Positions 14,051-26,419 of a DNA stretch of 64,000 nucleotides are shown piece after piece. Within the stretch, counting starts at the first letter, position 1. Each line of letters starts with the position of its first letter. Origin of the DNA: Eledone cirrhosa (lineage: Eukaryota); the NCBI GenBank assembly GCA_964016885.1, contig OZ024740.1, positions 14,756,001 through 14,820,000 on the forward strand, read 5' to 3'. The notes under the pieces are model-generated. The model worked only from the letters and a program-made list of their open reading frames with translations, did no database searches and had not been told where the DNA came from. Position numbers and translations under genes: made by a program.

Positions 14051-17000
14051 TATGGAAAGTCCTCAAATGAAAGGAATCAAAGCCAGAATATGGAAACTCC
14101 TCGAATGAAAGGAATCAAAGCCAGAATATGGAAAGTCCTCGAATGAAAGGAATCAAAGCCAGAATATGGAAAGTCCTCGAATGAGAGGAATCAAAGCCAG
14201 AATATGGAAAGTCCTCGAATGAGGGGAATCAAAGCCAGAATATGGAAAGTCCTCGAATGAAAGGAATCAAAGCCAGAATATGGAAAGTCCTCGAATGAAA
14301 GAAATCAAAGCCAGAATATGGAAAGTCCTCGAATGAAAGGAATCAAAGCCAGAATATGGAAGGTCCTCAAATGAAAGGAATCAAAGCCAGAATATGGAAA
14401 GTCCTCGAATGAAAGGAATCAAACCCAGAATATGGAAAGTCCTCAAATGAAAGGAATCAAAGCCAGAATATGGAAAGTCCTCGAATGAAAGGAAACAAAG
14501 CCAGAATATGGAAAGTCCTCAAATGAAAGGAATCAAAGCCAGAATATGGAAAGTCCTCGAATGAAAGGAATCAAAGCCAGAATATGGAAAGTCCTCGAAT
14601 GAAAGGAATCAAAGCCAGAATATGGAAAGTCCTCAAATGAAAGGAATCAAAGCCAGAATATGGAAAGTCCTCAAATGAAAGGAATCAAAGCCAGAATATG
14701 GAAAGTCCTCGAATGAAAGGAATCAAAGCCAGAATATGGAAAGTCCTCAATTGAAAGGAATCAAAGCCAGAATATGGAAAGTCCTCAAATGAAAGGAATC
14801 AAAGCCAGAATATGGAAAGTCCTCAAATGAAAGGAATCAAAGCCAGAATATGGAAAGTCCTCAAATGAAAGGAATCAAAGCCAGAATATGGAAAGTCCTC
14901 AAATGAAAGGAATCAAAGCCAGAATATGGAAAGTCCTCGAATGAAAGGAATCAAAGCCAGAATATGGAAAGTCCTCGAATGAGAGGAATCAAAGCCAGAA
15001 TATGGAAAGTCCTCGAATGAGAGGAATCAAAGCCAGAATATGGAAAGTCCTCGAATGAGAGGAATCAAAGCCAGAATATGGAAAGTCCTCAAATGAAAGG
15101 AATCAAAGCCAGAATATGGAAACTCCTCGAATGAAAGGAATCAAAGCCAGAATATGGAAAGTCCTCGAATGAAAGGAATCAAAGCCAGAATATGGAAAGT
15201 CCTCGAATGAGAGGAATCAAAGCCAGAATATGGAAAGTCCTCGAATGAGGGGAATCAAAGCCAGAATATGGAAAGTCCTCGAATGAAAGGAATCAAAGCC
15301 AGAATATGGAAAGTCCTCGAATGAAAGAAATCAAAGCCAGAATATGGAAAGTCCTCGAATGAAAGGAATCAAAGCCAGAATATGGAAGGTCCTCAAATGA
15401 AAGGAATCAAAGCCAGAATATGGAAAGTCCTCGAATGAAAGGAATCAAACCCAGAATATGGAAAGTCCTCAAATGAAAGGAATCAAAGCCAGAATATGGA
15501 AAGTCCTCGAATGAAAGGAAACAAAGCCAGAATATGGAAAGTCCTCAAATGAAAGGAATCAAAGCCAGAATATGGAAAGTCCTCGAATGAAAGGAATCAA
15601 AGCCAGAATATGGAAAGTCCTCGAATGAAAGGAATCAAAGCCAGAATATGGAAAGTCCTCAAATGAAAGGAATCAAAGCCAGAATATGGAAAGTCCTCAA
15701 ATGAAAGGAATCAAAGCCAGAATATGGAAAGTCCTCGAATGAAAGGAATCAAAGCCAGAATATGGAAAGTCCTCAAATGAAAGGAATCAAAGCCAGAATA
15801 TGGAAAGTCCTCGAGTGAAAGGAATCAAAGCCAGAATATGGAAACTCCTCGAATGAAAGGAATCAAAGACAGAATATGGAAAGTCCTCGAATGAAAGGAA
15901 TCAAAGCCAGAATATGGAAAGTCCTCGAATGAGAGGAATCAAAGCCAGAATATGGAAAGTCCTCGAATGAGGGGAATCAAAGCCAGAATATGGAAAGTCC
16001 TCGAATGAAAGGAATCAAAGCCAGAATATGGAAAGTCCACGAATGAAAGGAATCAAAGCCAGAATATGGAAAGTCCTCGAATGAAAGGAATCAAAGCCAG
16101 AATATGGAAAGTCCTCGAATGAAAGGAATCAAAGCCAGAATATGGAAAGTCCTCAAATGAAAGGAATTAAAGCCAGAATATGGAAAGTCCTCGAATGAAA
16201 GGAATCAAAGCCAGAATATGGAAAGTCCTCGAATGAAAGGAATCAAAGCCAGAATATGGAAAGTCCTCAAATGAGAGGAATCAAAGCCAGAATATGGAAA
16301 GTCCTCCAATGAGAGGAATCAAAGCCAGAATATGGAAAGTCCTCAAATGAAAGGAATCAAAGCCAGAATATGGAAAGTCCTCGAATGAAAGGAATCAAAG
16401 CCAGAATATGGAAACTCCTCGAATGAAAGGAATCAAAGCCAGAATATGGAAAGTCCTCGAATGAAAGGAATCAAAGCCAGAATATGGAAAGTCCTCGAAT
16501 GAGAGGAATCAAAGCCAGAATATGGAAAGTCCTCGAATGAGGGGAATCAAAGCCAGAATATGGAAAGTCCTCAAATGAAAGGAATCAAAGCCAGAATATG
16601 GAAAGTCCTCGAATGAGGGGAATCAAAGCCAGAATATGGAAAGTCCTCGAATGAAAGGAATCAAAGCCAGAATATGGAAAGTCCACGAATGAAAGGAATC
16701 AAAGCCAGAATATGGAAAGTCCTCGAATGAAAGGAATCAAAGCCAGAATATGGAAAGTCCTCGAATGAAAGGAATCAAAGCCAGAATATGGAAAGTCCTC
16801 AAATGAAAGGAATTAAAGCCAGAATATGGAAAGTCCTCGAATGAAAGGAATCAAAGCCAGAATATGGAAAGTCCTCGAATGAAAGGAATCAAAGCCAGAA
16901 TATGGAAAGTCCTCGAATGAAAGGAATCAAAGCCAGAATATGGAAAGTCCTCAAATCAAAGGAATCAAAGCCAGAATATGGAAAGTCCTCAAATGAAAGG

Positions 17001-20000
17001 AATCAAAGCCAGAATATGGAAAGTCCTCAAATGAAAGGAATCAAAGCCAGAATATGGAAAGTCCTCAAATGAAAGGAATCAAAGCCAGAATATGGAAAGT
17101 CCTCGAATGAAAGGAATCAAAGCCAGAATATGGAAAGTCCTCGAATGAGAGGAATCAAAGCCAGAATATGGAAAGTCCTCGAATGAGAGGAATCAAAGCC
17201 AGAATATGGAAAGTCCTCGAATGAGAGGAATCAAAGCCAGAATATGGAAAGTCCTCAAATGAAAGGAATCAAAGCCAGAATATGGAAACTCCTCGAATGA
17301 AAGGAATCAAAGCCAGAATATGGAAAGTCCTCGAATGAAAGGAATCAAAGCCAGAATATGGAAAGTCCTCGAATGAGAGGAATCAAAGCCAGAATATGGA
17401 AAGTCCTCGAATGAGGGGAATCAAAGCCAGAATATGGAAAGTCCTCGAATGAAAGGAATCAAAGCCAGAATATGGAAAGTCCTCGAATGAAAGAAATCAA
17501 AGCCAGAATATGGAAAGTCCTCGAATGAAAGGAATCAAAGCCAGAATATGGAAGGTCCTCAAATGAAAGGAATCAAAGCCAGAATATGGAAAGTCCTCGA
17601 ATGAAAGGAATCAAACCCAGAATATGGAAAGTCCTCAAATGAAAGGAATCAAAGCCAGAATATGGAAAGTCCTCGAATGAAAGGAAACAAAGCCAGAATA
17701 TGGAAAGTCCTCAAATGAAAGGAATCAAAGCCAGAATATGGAAAGTCCTCGAATGAAAGGAATCAAAGCCAGAATATGGAAAGTCCTCGAATGAAAGGAA
17801 TCAAAGCCAGAATATGGAAAGTCCTCAAATGAAAGGAATCAAAGCCAGAATATGGAAAGTCCTCAAATGAAAGGAATCAAAGCCAGAATATGGAAAGTCC
17901 TCGAATGAAAGGAATCAAAGCCAGAATATGGAAAGTCCTCAATTGAAAGGAATCAAAGCCAGAATATGGAAAGTCCTCAAATGAAAGGAATCAAAGCCAG
18001 AATATGGAAAGTCCTCAAATGAAAGGAATCAAAGCCAGAATATGGAAAGTCCTCAAATGAAAGGAATCAAAGCCAGAATATGGAAAGTCCTCAAATGAAA
18101 GGAATCAAAGCCAGAATATGGAAAGTCCTGGAATGAAAGGAATCAAAGCCAGAATATGGAAAGTCCTCGAATGAGAGGAATCAAAGCCAGAATATGGAAA
18201 GTCCTCGAATGAGAGGAATCAAAGCCAGAATATGGAAAGTCCTCGAATGAGAGGAATCAAAGCCAGAATATGGAAAGTCCTCAAATGAAAGGAATCAAAG
18301 CCAGAATATGGAAACTCCTCGAATGAAAGGAATCAAAGCCAGAATATGGAAAGTCCTCGAATGAAAGGAATCAAAGCCAGAATATGGAAAGTCCTCGAAT
18401 GAGAGGAATCAAAGCCAGAATATGGAAAGTCCTCGAATGAGGGGAATCAAAGCCAGAATATGGAAAGTCCTCGAATGAAAGGAATCAAAGCCAGAATATG
18501 GAAAGTCCTCGAATGAAAGAAATCAAAGCCAGAATATGGAAAGTCCTCGAATGAAAGGAATCAAAGCCAGAATATGGAAGGTCCTCAAATGAAAGGAATC
18601 AAAGCCAGAATATGGAAAGTCCTCGAATGAAAGGAATCAAACCCAGAATATGGAAAGTCCTCAAATGAAAGGAATCAAAGCCAGAATATGGAAAGTCCTC
18701 GAATGAAAGGAAACAAAGCCAGAATATGGAAAGTCCTCAAATGAAAGGAATCAAAGCCAGAATATGGAAAGTCCTCGAATGAAAGGAATCAAAGCCAGAA
18801 TATGGAAAGTCCTCGAATGAAAGGAATCAAAGCCAGAATATGGAAAGTCCTCAAATGAAAGGAATCAAAGCCAGAATATGGAAAGTCCTCAAATGAAAGG
18901 AATCAAAGCCAGAATATGGAAAGTCCTCGAATGAAAGGAATCAAAGCCAGAATATGGAAAGTCCTCAAATGAAAGGAATCAAAGCCAGAATATGGAAAGT
19001 CCTCGAGTGAAAGGAATCAAAGCCAGAATATGGAAACTCCTCGAATGAAAGGAATCAAAGACAGAATATGGAAAGTCCTCGAATGAAAGGAATCAAAGCC
19101 AGAATATGGAAAGTCCTCGAATGAGAGGAATCAAAGCCAGAATATGGAAATTCCTCGAATGAGGGGAATCAAAGCCAGAATATGGAAAGTCCTCGAATGA
19201 AAGGAATCAAAGCCAGAATATGGAAAGTCCACGAATGAAAGGAATCAAAGCCAGAATATGGAAAGTCCTCGAATGAAAGGAATCAAAGCCAGAATATGGA
19301 AAGTCCTCGAATGAAAGGAATCAAAGCCAGAATATGGAAAGTCCTCAAATGAAAGGAATTAAAGCCAGAATATGGAAAGTCCTCGAATGAAAGGAATCAA
19401 AGCCAGAATATGGAAAGTCCTCGAATGAAAGGAATCAAAGCCAGAATATGGAAAGTCCTCAAATGAGAGGAATCAAAGCCAGAATATGGAAAGTCCTCCA
19501 ATGAGAGGAATCAAAGCCAGAATATGGAAAGTCCTCAAATGAAAGGAATCAAAGCCAGAATATGGAAAGTCCTCGAATGAAAGGAATCAAAGCCAGAATA
19601 TGGAAACTCCTCGAATGAAAGGAATCAAAGCCAGAATATGGAAAGTCCTCGAATGAAAGGAATCAAAGCCAGAATATGGAAAGTCCTCGAATGAGAGGAA
19701 TCAAAGCCAGAATATGGAAAGTCCTCGAATGAGGGGAATCAAAGCCAGAATATGGAAAGTCCTCAAATGAAAGGAATCAAAGCCAGAATATGGAAAGTCC
19801 TCGAAGGAGGGGAATCAAAGCCAGAATATGGAAAGTCCTCGAATGAAAGGAATCAAAGCCAGAATATGGAAAGTCCACGAATGAAAGGAATCAAAGCCAG
19901 AATATGGAAAGTCCTCGAATGAAAGGAATCAAAGCCAGAATATGGAAAGTCCTCGAATGAAAGGAATCAAAGCCAGAATATGGAAAGTCCTCAAATGAAA

Positions 20001-20270
20001 GGAATTAAAGCCAGAATATGGAAAGTCCTCGAATGAAAGGAATCAAAGCCAGAATATGGAAAGTCCTCGAATGAAAGGAATCAAAGCCAGAATATGGAAA
20101 GTCCTCGAATGAAAGGAATCAAAGCCAGAATATGGAAAGTCCTCAAATCAAAGGAATCAAAGCCAGAATATGGAAAGTCCTCAAATGAAAGGAATCAAAG
20201 CCAGAATATGGAAAGTCCTCAAATGAAAGGAATCAAAGCCAGAATATGGAAAGTCCTCAAATGAAAGGAA
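13050..20270 (+). repeat. 84-monomer (3192 bp) higher-order unit, ~2.3 tandem copies, containing an internal 27-monomer (1026 bp) duplication
   Basis: CCTCCA occurs at 13111/16303/19495 and GAGTG at 15813/19005 (offset 3192 = 84x38). AAACTCC at 14094/15120 and GGAAAC at 14491/15517 give offset 1026 = 27x38. Confidence 0.9.
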
Positions 20271-23200
20271 TCAAAGCCAGAATATGGAAAGTCCTCGAAT
20301 GAGAGGAATCAAAGCCAGAATATGGAAAGTCCTCGAATGAGGGGAATCAAAGCCAGAATATGGAAAGTCCTCGAATGAAAGGAATCAAAGCCAGAATATG
20401 GAAAGTCCTCGAATGAAAGAAATCAAAGCCAGAATATGGAAAGTCCTCGAATGAAAGGAATCAAAGCCAGAATATGGAAGGTCCTCAAATGAAAGGAATC
20501 AAAGCCTGAATATGGAAAGTCCTCGAATGAAAGGAAACAAAGCCAGAATATGGAAAGTCCTCAAATGAAAGGAATCAAAGCCAGAATATGGAAAGTCCTC
20601 GAATGAAAGGAATCAAAGCCAGAATATGGAAAGTCCTCGAATGAAAGGAATCAAAGCCAGAATATGGAAAGTCCTCAAATGAAAGGAATCAAAGCCAGAA
20701 TATGGAAAGTCCTCAAATGAAAGGAATCAAAGCCAGAATATGGAAAGTCCTCGAATGAAAGGAATCAAAGCCAGAATATGGAAAGTCCTCAATTGAAAGG
20801 AATCAAAGCCAGAATATGGAAAGTCCTCAAATGAAAGGAATCAAAGCCAGAATATGGAAAGTCCTCAAATGAAAGGAATCAAAGCCAGAATATGGAAAGT
20901 CCTCAAATGAAAGGAATCAAAGCCAGAATATGGAAAGTCCTCAAATGAAAGGAATCAAAGCCAGAATATGGAAAGTCCTGGAATGAAAGGAATCAAAGCC
21001 AGAATATGGAAAGTCCTCGAATGAAAGGAATCAAAGCCAGAATATGGAAAGTCCTGGAATGAAAGGAATCAAAGCCAGAATATGGAAAGTCCTCGAATGA
21101 AAGGAATCAAAGCCAGAATATGGAAAGTCCTCGAATGAAAGGAATCAAAGCCAGAATATGGAAAGTCCTCAAATGAAAGGAATCAAAGCCAGAATATGGA
21201 AAGTCCTGGAATGAAAGGAATCAAAGCCAGAATATTGAAAGTCCTCAAATGAAAGGAATCAAAGCCAGAATATGGAAAGTCCTCAAATGAAAGGAATCAA
21301 AGCCAGAATATGGAAAGTCCTCAAATGAAAGGAATCAAAGCCAGAATATGGAAAGTCCTCGAATGAAAGGAACCAAAGCCAGAATATGGAAAGTCCTCAA
21401 ATGAAAGGAATCAAAGCCAGAATATGGAAAGTCCTCAAATGAAAGGAATCAAAGCCAGAATATGGAAAGTCCTCAAATGAAAGGAATCAAAGCCAGAATA
21501 TGGAAAGTCCTCAAATGAAAGGAATCAAAGCCAGAATATGGAAAGTCCTCGAATAAAAGGAATCAAAGCCAGAATATGGAAAGTCCTCAATTGAAAGGAA
21601 TCAAAGCCAGAATATGGAAAGTCCTCAAATCAAAGGAATCAAAGCCAGAATATGGAAAGCCCTCAAATGAAAGGAATCAAAGCCAGAATATGGAAAGTCC
21701 TCGAATGAAAGGAACCAAAGCCAGAATATGGAAAGTCCTCGAATGAAAGGAATCAAAGCCAGAATATGGAAAGTCCTCAAATGAAAGGAATCAAAGCCAG
21801 AATATGGAAAGTCCTCAAATGAAAGGAATCAAAGCCAGAATATGGAAAGTCCTCAAATGAAAGGAATCAAAGCCAGAATATGGAAAGTCCTCAAATGAAA
21901 GGAATCAAAGCCAGAATATGGAAAGTCCTCAAATGAAAGGAATCAAAGCCAGAATATGGAAAGTCCTGGAATGAAAGGAATCAAAGCCAGAATATGGAAA
22001 GTCCTCGAATGAAAGGAATCAAAGCCAGAATATGGAAAGTCCTCGAATGAAAGGAATCAAAGCCAGAATATGGAAAGTCCTCGAATGAAAGGAATCAAAG
22101 CCAGAATATGGAAAGTCCTCGAATGAAAGGAATCAAAGCCAGAATATGGAAAGTCCTGGAATGAAAGGAACCAAAGCCAGAATATGGAAAGTCCTGGAAT
22201 GAAAGGAATCAAAGCCAGAATATGGAAAGTCCTCGAATGAGAGGAATCAAAGCCAGAATATGGAAAGTCCTCGAATGAGAGGAATCAAAGCCAGAATATG
22301 GAAAGTCCTCGAATGAGAGGAATCAAAGCCAGAATATGGAAAGTCCTCAAATGAAAGGAATCAAAGCCAGAATATGGAAACTCCTCGAATGAAAGGAATC
22401 AAAGCCAGAATATGGAAAGTCCTCGAATGAAAGGAATCAAAGCCAGAATATGGAAAGTCCTCGAATGAGAGGAATCAAAGCCAGAATATGGAAAGTCCTC
22501 GAATGAGGGGAATCAAAGCCAGAATATGGAAAGTCCTCGAATGAAAGGAATCAAAGCCAGAATATGGAAAGTCCTCGAATGAAAGAAATCAAAGCCAGAA
22601 TATGGAAAGTCCTCGAATGAAAGGAATCAAAGCCAGAATATGGAAGGTCCTCAAATGAAAGGAATCAAAGCCAGAATATGGAAAGTCCTCGAATGAAAGG
22701 AATCAAACCCAGAATATGGAAAGTCCTCAAATGAAAGGAATCAAAGCCAGAATATGGAAAGTCCTCGAATGAAAGGAAACAAAGCCAGAATATGGAAAGT
22801 CCTCAAATGAAAGGAATCAAAGCCAGAATATGGAAAGTCCTCGAATGAAAGGAATCAAAGCCAGAATATGGAAAGTCCTCGAATGAAAGGAATCAAAGCC
22901 AGAATATGGAAAGTCCTCAAATGAAAGGAATCAAAGCCAGAATATGGAAAGTCCTCAAATGAAAGGAATCAAAGCCAGAATATGGAAAGTCCTCGAATGA
23001 AAGGAATCAAAGCCAGAATATGGAAAGTCCTCAAATGAAAGGAATCAAAGCCAGAATATGGAAAGTCCTCGAGTGAAAGGAATCAAAGCCAGAATATGGA
23101 AACTCCTCGAATGAAAGGAATCAAAGACAGAATATGGAAAGTCCTCGAATGAAAGGAATCAAAGCCAGAATATGGAAAGTCCTCGAATGAGAGGAATCAA

Positions 23201-26200
23201 AGCCAGAATATGGAAATTCCTCGAATGAGGGGAATCAAAGCCAGAATATGGAAAGTCCTCGAATGAAAGGAATCAAAGCCAGAATATGGAAAGTCCACGA
23301 ATGAAAGGAATCAAAGCCAGAATATGGAAAGTCCTCGAATGAAAGGAATCAAAGCCAGAATATGGAAAGTCCTCGAATGAAAGGAATCAAAGCCAGAATA
23401 TGGAAAGTCCTCAAATGAAAGGAATTAAAGCCAGAATATGGAAAGTCCTCGAATGAAAGGAATCAAAGCCAGAATATGGAAAGTCCTCGAATGAAAGGAA
23501 TCAAAGCCAGAATATGGAAAGTCCTCAAATGAGAGGAATCAAAGCCAGAATATGGAAAGTCCTCCAATGAGAGGAATCAAAGCCAGAATATGGAAAGTCC
23601 TCAAATGAAAGGAATCAAAGCCAGAATATGGAAAGTCCTCGAATGAAAGGAATCAAAGCCAGAATATGGAAACTCCTCGAATGAAAGGAATCAAAGCCAG
23701 AATATGGAAAGTCCTCGAATGAAAGGAATCAAAGCCAGAATATGGAAAGTCCTCGAATGAGAGGAATCAAAGCCAGAATATGGAAAGTCCTCGAATGAGG
23801 GGAATCAAAGCCAGAATATGGAAAGTCCTCAAATGAAAGGAATCAAAGCCAGAATATGGAAAGTCCTCGAATGAGGGGAATCAAAGCCAGAATATGGAAA
23901 GTCCTCGAATGAAAGGAATCAAAGCCAGAATATGGAAAGTCCACGAATGAAAGGAATCAAAGCCAGAATATGGAAAGTCCTCGAATGAAAGGAATCAAAG
24001 CCAGAATATGGAAAGTCCTCGAATGAAAGGAATCAAAGCCAGAATATGGAAAGTCCTCAAATGAAAGGAATTAAAGCCAGAATATGGAAAGTCCTCGAAT
24101 GAAAGGAATCAAAGCCAGAATATGGAAAGTCCTCGAATGAAAGGAATCAAAGCCAGAATATGGAAAGTCCTCGAATGAAAGGAATCAAAGCCAGAATATG
24201 GAAAGTCCTCAAATCAAAGGAATCAAAGCCAGAATATGGAAAGTCCTCAAATGAAAGGAATCAAAGCCAGAATATGGAAAGTCCTCAAATGAAAGGAATC
24301 AAAGCCAGAATATGGAAAGTCCTCAAATGAAAGGAATCAAAGCCAGAATATGGAAAGTCCTCGAATGAAAGGAATCAAAGCCAGAATATGGAAAGTCCTC
24401 GAATGAGAGGAATCAAAGCCAGAATATGGAAAGTCCTCGAATGAGAGGAATCAAAGCCAGAATATGGAAAGTCCTCGAATGAGAGGAATCAAAGCCAGAA
24501 TATGGAAAGTCCTCAAATGAAAGGAATCAAAGCCAGAATATGGAAACTCCTCGAATGAAAGGAATCAAAGCCAGAATATGGAAAGTCCTCGAATGAAAGG
24601 AATCAAAGCCAGAATATGGAAAGTCCTCGAATGAGAGGAATCAAAGCCAGAATATGGAAAGTCCTCGAATGAGGGGAATCAAAGCCAGAATATGGAAAGT
24701 CCTCGAATGAAAGGAATCAAAGCCAGAATATGGAAAGTCCTCGAATGAAAGAAATCAAAGCCAGAATATGGAAAGTCCTCGAATGAAAGGAATCAAAGCC
24801 AGAATATGGAAGGTCCTCAAATGAAAGGAATCAAAGCCTGAATATGGAAAGTCCTCGAATGAAAGGAAACAAAGCCAGAATATGGAAAGTCCTCGAATGA
24901 AAGGAATCAAAGCCAGAATATGGAAAGTCCTCGAATGAAAGGAATCAAAGCCAGAATATGGAAAGTCCTCGAATGAAAGGAATCAAAGCCAGAATATGGA
25001 AAGTCCTCAAATGAAAGGAATCAAAGCCAGAATATGGAAAGTCCTCAAATGAAAGGAATCAAAGCCAGAATATGGAAAGTCCTCGAATGAAAGGAATCAA
25101 AGCCAGAATATGGAAAGTCCTCAATTGAAAGGAATCAAAGCCAGAATATGGAAAGTCCTCAAATGAAAGGAATCAAAGCCAGAATATGGAAAGTCCTCAA
25201 ATGAAAGGAATCAAAGCCAGAATATGGAAAGTCCTCAAATGAAAGGAATCAAAGCCAGAATATGGAAAGTCCTGGAATGAAAGGAATCAAAGCCAGAATA
25301 TGGAAAGTCCTCGAATGAAAGGAATCAAAGCCAGAATATGGAAAGTCCTCGAATGAAAGGAATCAAAGCCAGAATATGGAAAGTCCTCAAATGAAAGGAA
25401 TCAAAGCCAGAATATGGAAAGTCCTGGAATGAAAGGAATCAAAGCCAGAATATTGAAAGTCCTCAAATGAAAGGAATCAAAGCCAGAATATGGAAAGTCC
25501 TCAAATGAAAGGAATCAAAGCCAGAATATGGAAAGTCCTCAAATGAAAGGAATCAAAGCCAGAATATGGAAAGTCCTCGAATGAAAGGAACCAAAGCCAG
25601 AATATGGAAAGTCCTCAAATGAAAGGAATCAAAGCCAGAATATGGAAAGTCCTCAAATGAAAGGAATCAAAGCCAGAATATGGAAAGTCCTCAAATGAAA
25701 GGAATCAAAGCCAGAATATGGAAAGTCCTCAAATGAAAGGAATCAAAGCCAGAATATGGAAAGTCCTCGAATAAAAGGAATCAAAGCCAGAATATGGAAA
25801 GTCCTCAATTGAAAGGAATCAAAGCCAGAATATGGAAAGTCCTCAAATCAAAGGAATCAAAGCCAGAATATGGAAAGCCCTCAAATGAAAGGAATCAAAG
25901 CCAGAATATGGAAAGTCCTCGAATGAAAGGAACCAAAGCCAGAATATGGAAAGTCCTCGAATGAAAGGAATCAAAGCCAGAATATGGAAAGTCCTCAAAT
26001 GAAAGGAATCAAAGCCAGAATATGGAAAGTCCTCAAATGAAAGGAATCAAAGCCAGAATATGGAAAGTCCTCAAATGAAAGGAATCAAAGCCAGAATATG
26101 GAAAGTCCTCAAATGAAAGGAATCAAAGCCAGAATATGGAAAGTCCTCAAATGAAAGGAATCAAAGCCAGAATATGGAAAGTCCTGGAATGAAAGGAATC

Positions 26201-26400
26201 AAAGCCAGAATATGGAAAGTCCTCGAATGAAAGGAATCAAAGCCAGAATATGGAAAGTCCTGGAATGAAAGGAATCAAAGCCAGAATATGGAAAGTCCTC
26301 GAATGAAAGGAATCAAAGCCAGAATATGGAAAGTCCTCGAATGAAAGGAATCAAAGCCAGAATATGGAAAGTCCTGGAATGAAAGGAACCAAAGCCAGAA
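18100..26400 (+). repeat. Tandem duplication with 107/114/111-monomer offsets
   Basis: GAGTG 19005/23071, AAATTCC 19148/23214 and CCTCCA 19495/23561 (4066 = 107x38). AAAGCCTG 20501/24833 (4332 = 114x38). TATTG 21233/25451 (4218 = 111x38). Confidence 0.87.
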
Positions 26401-26419
26401 TATGGAAAGTCCTCGAATG

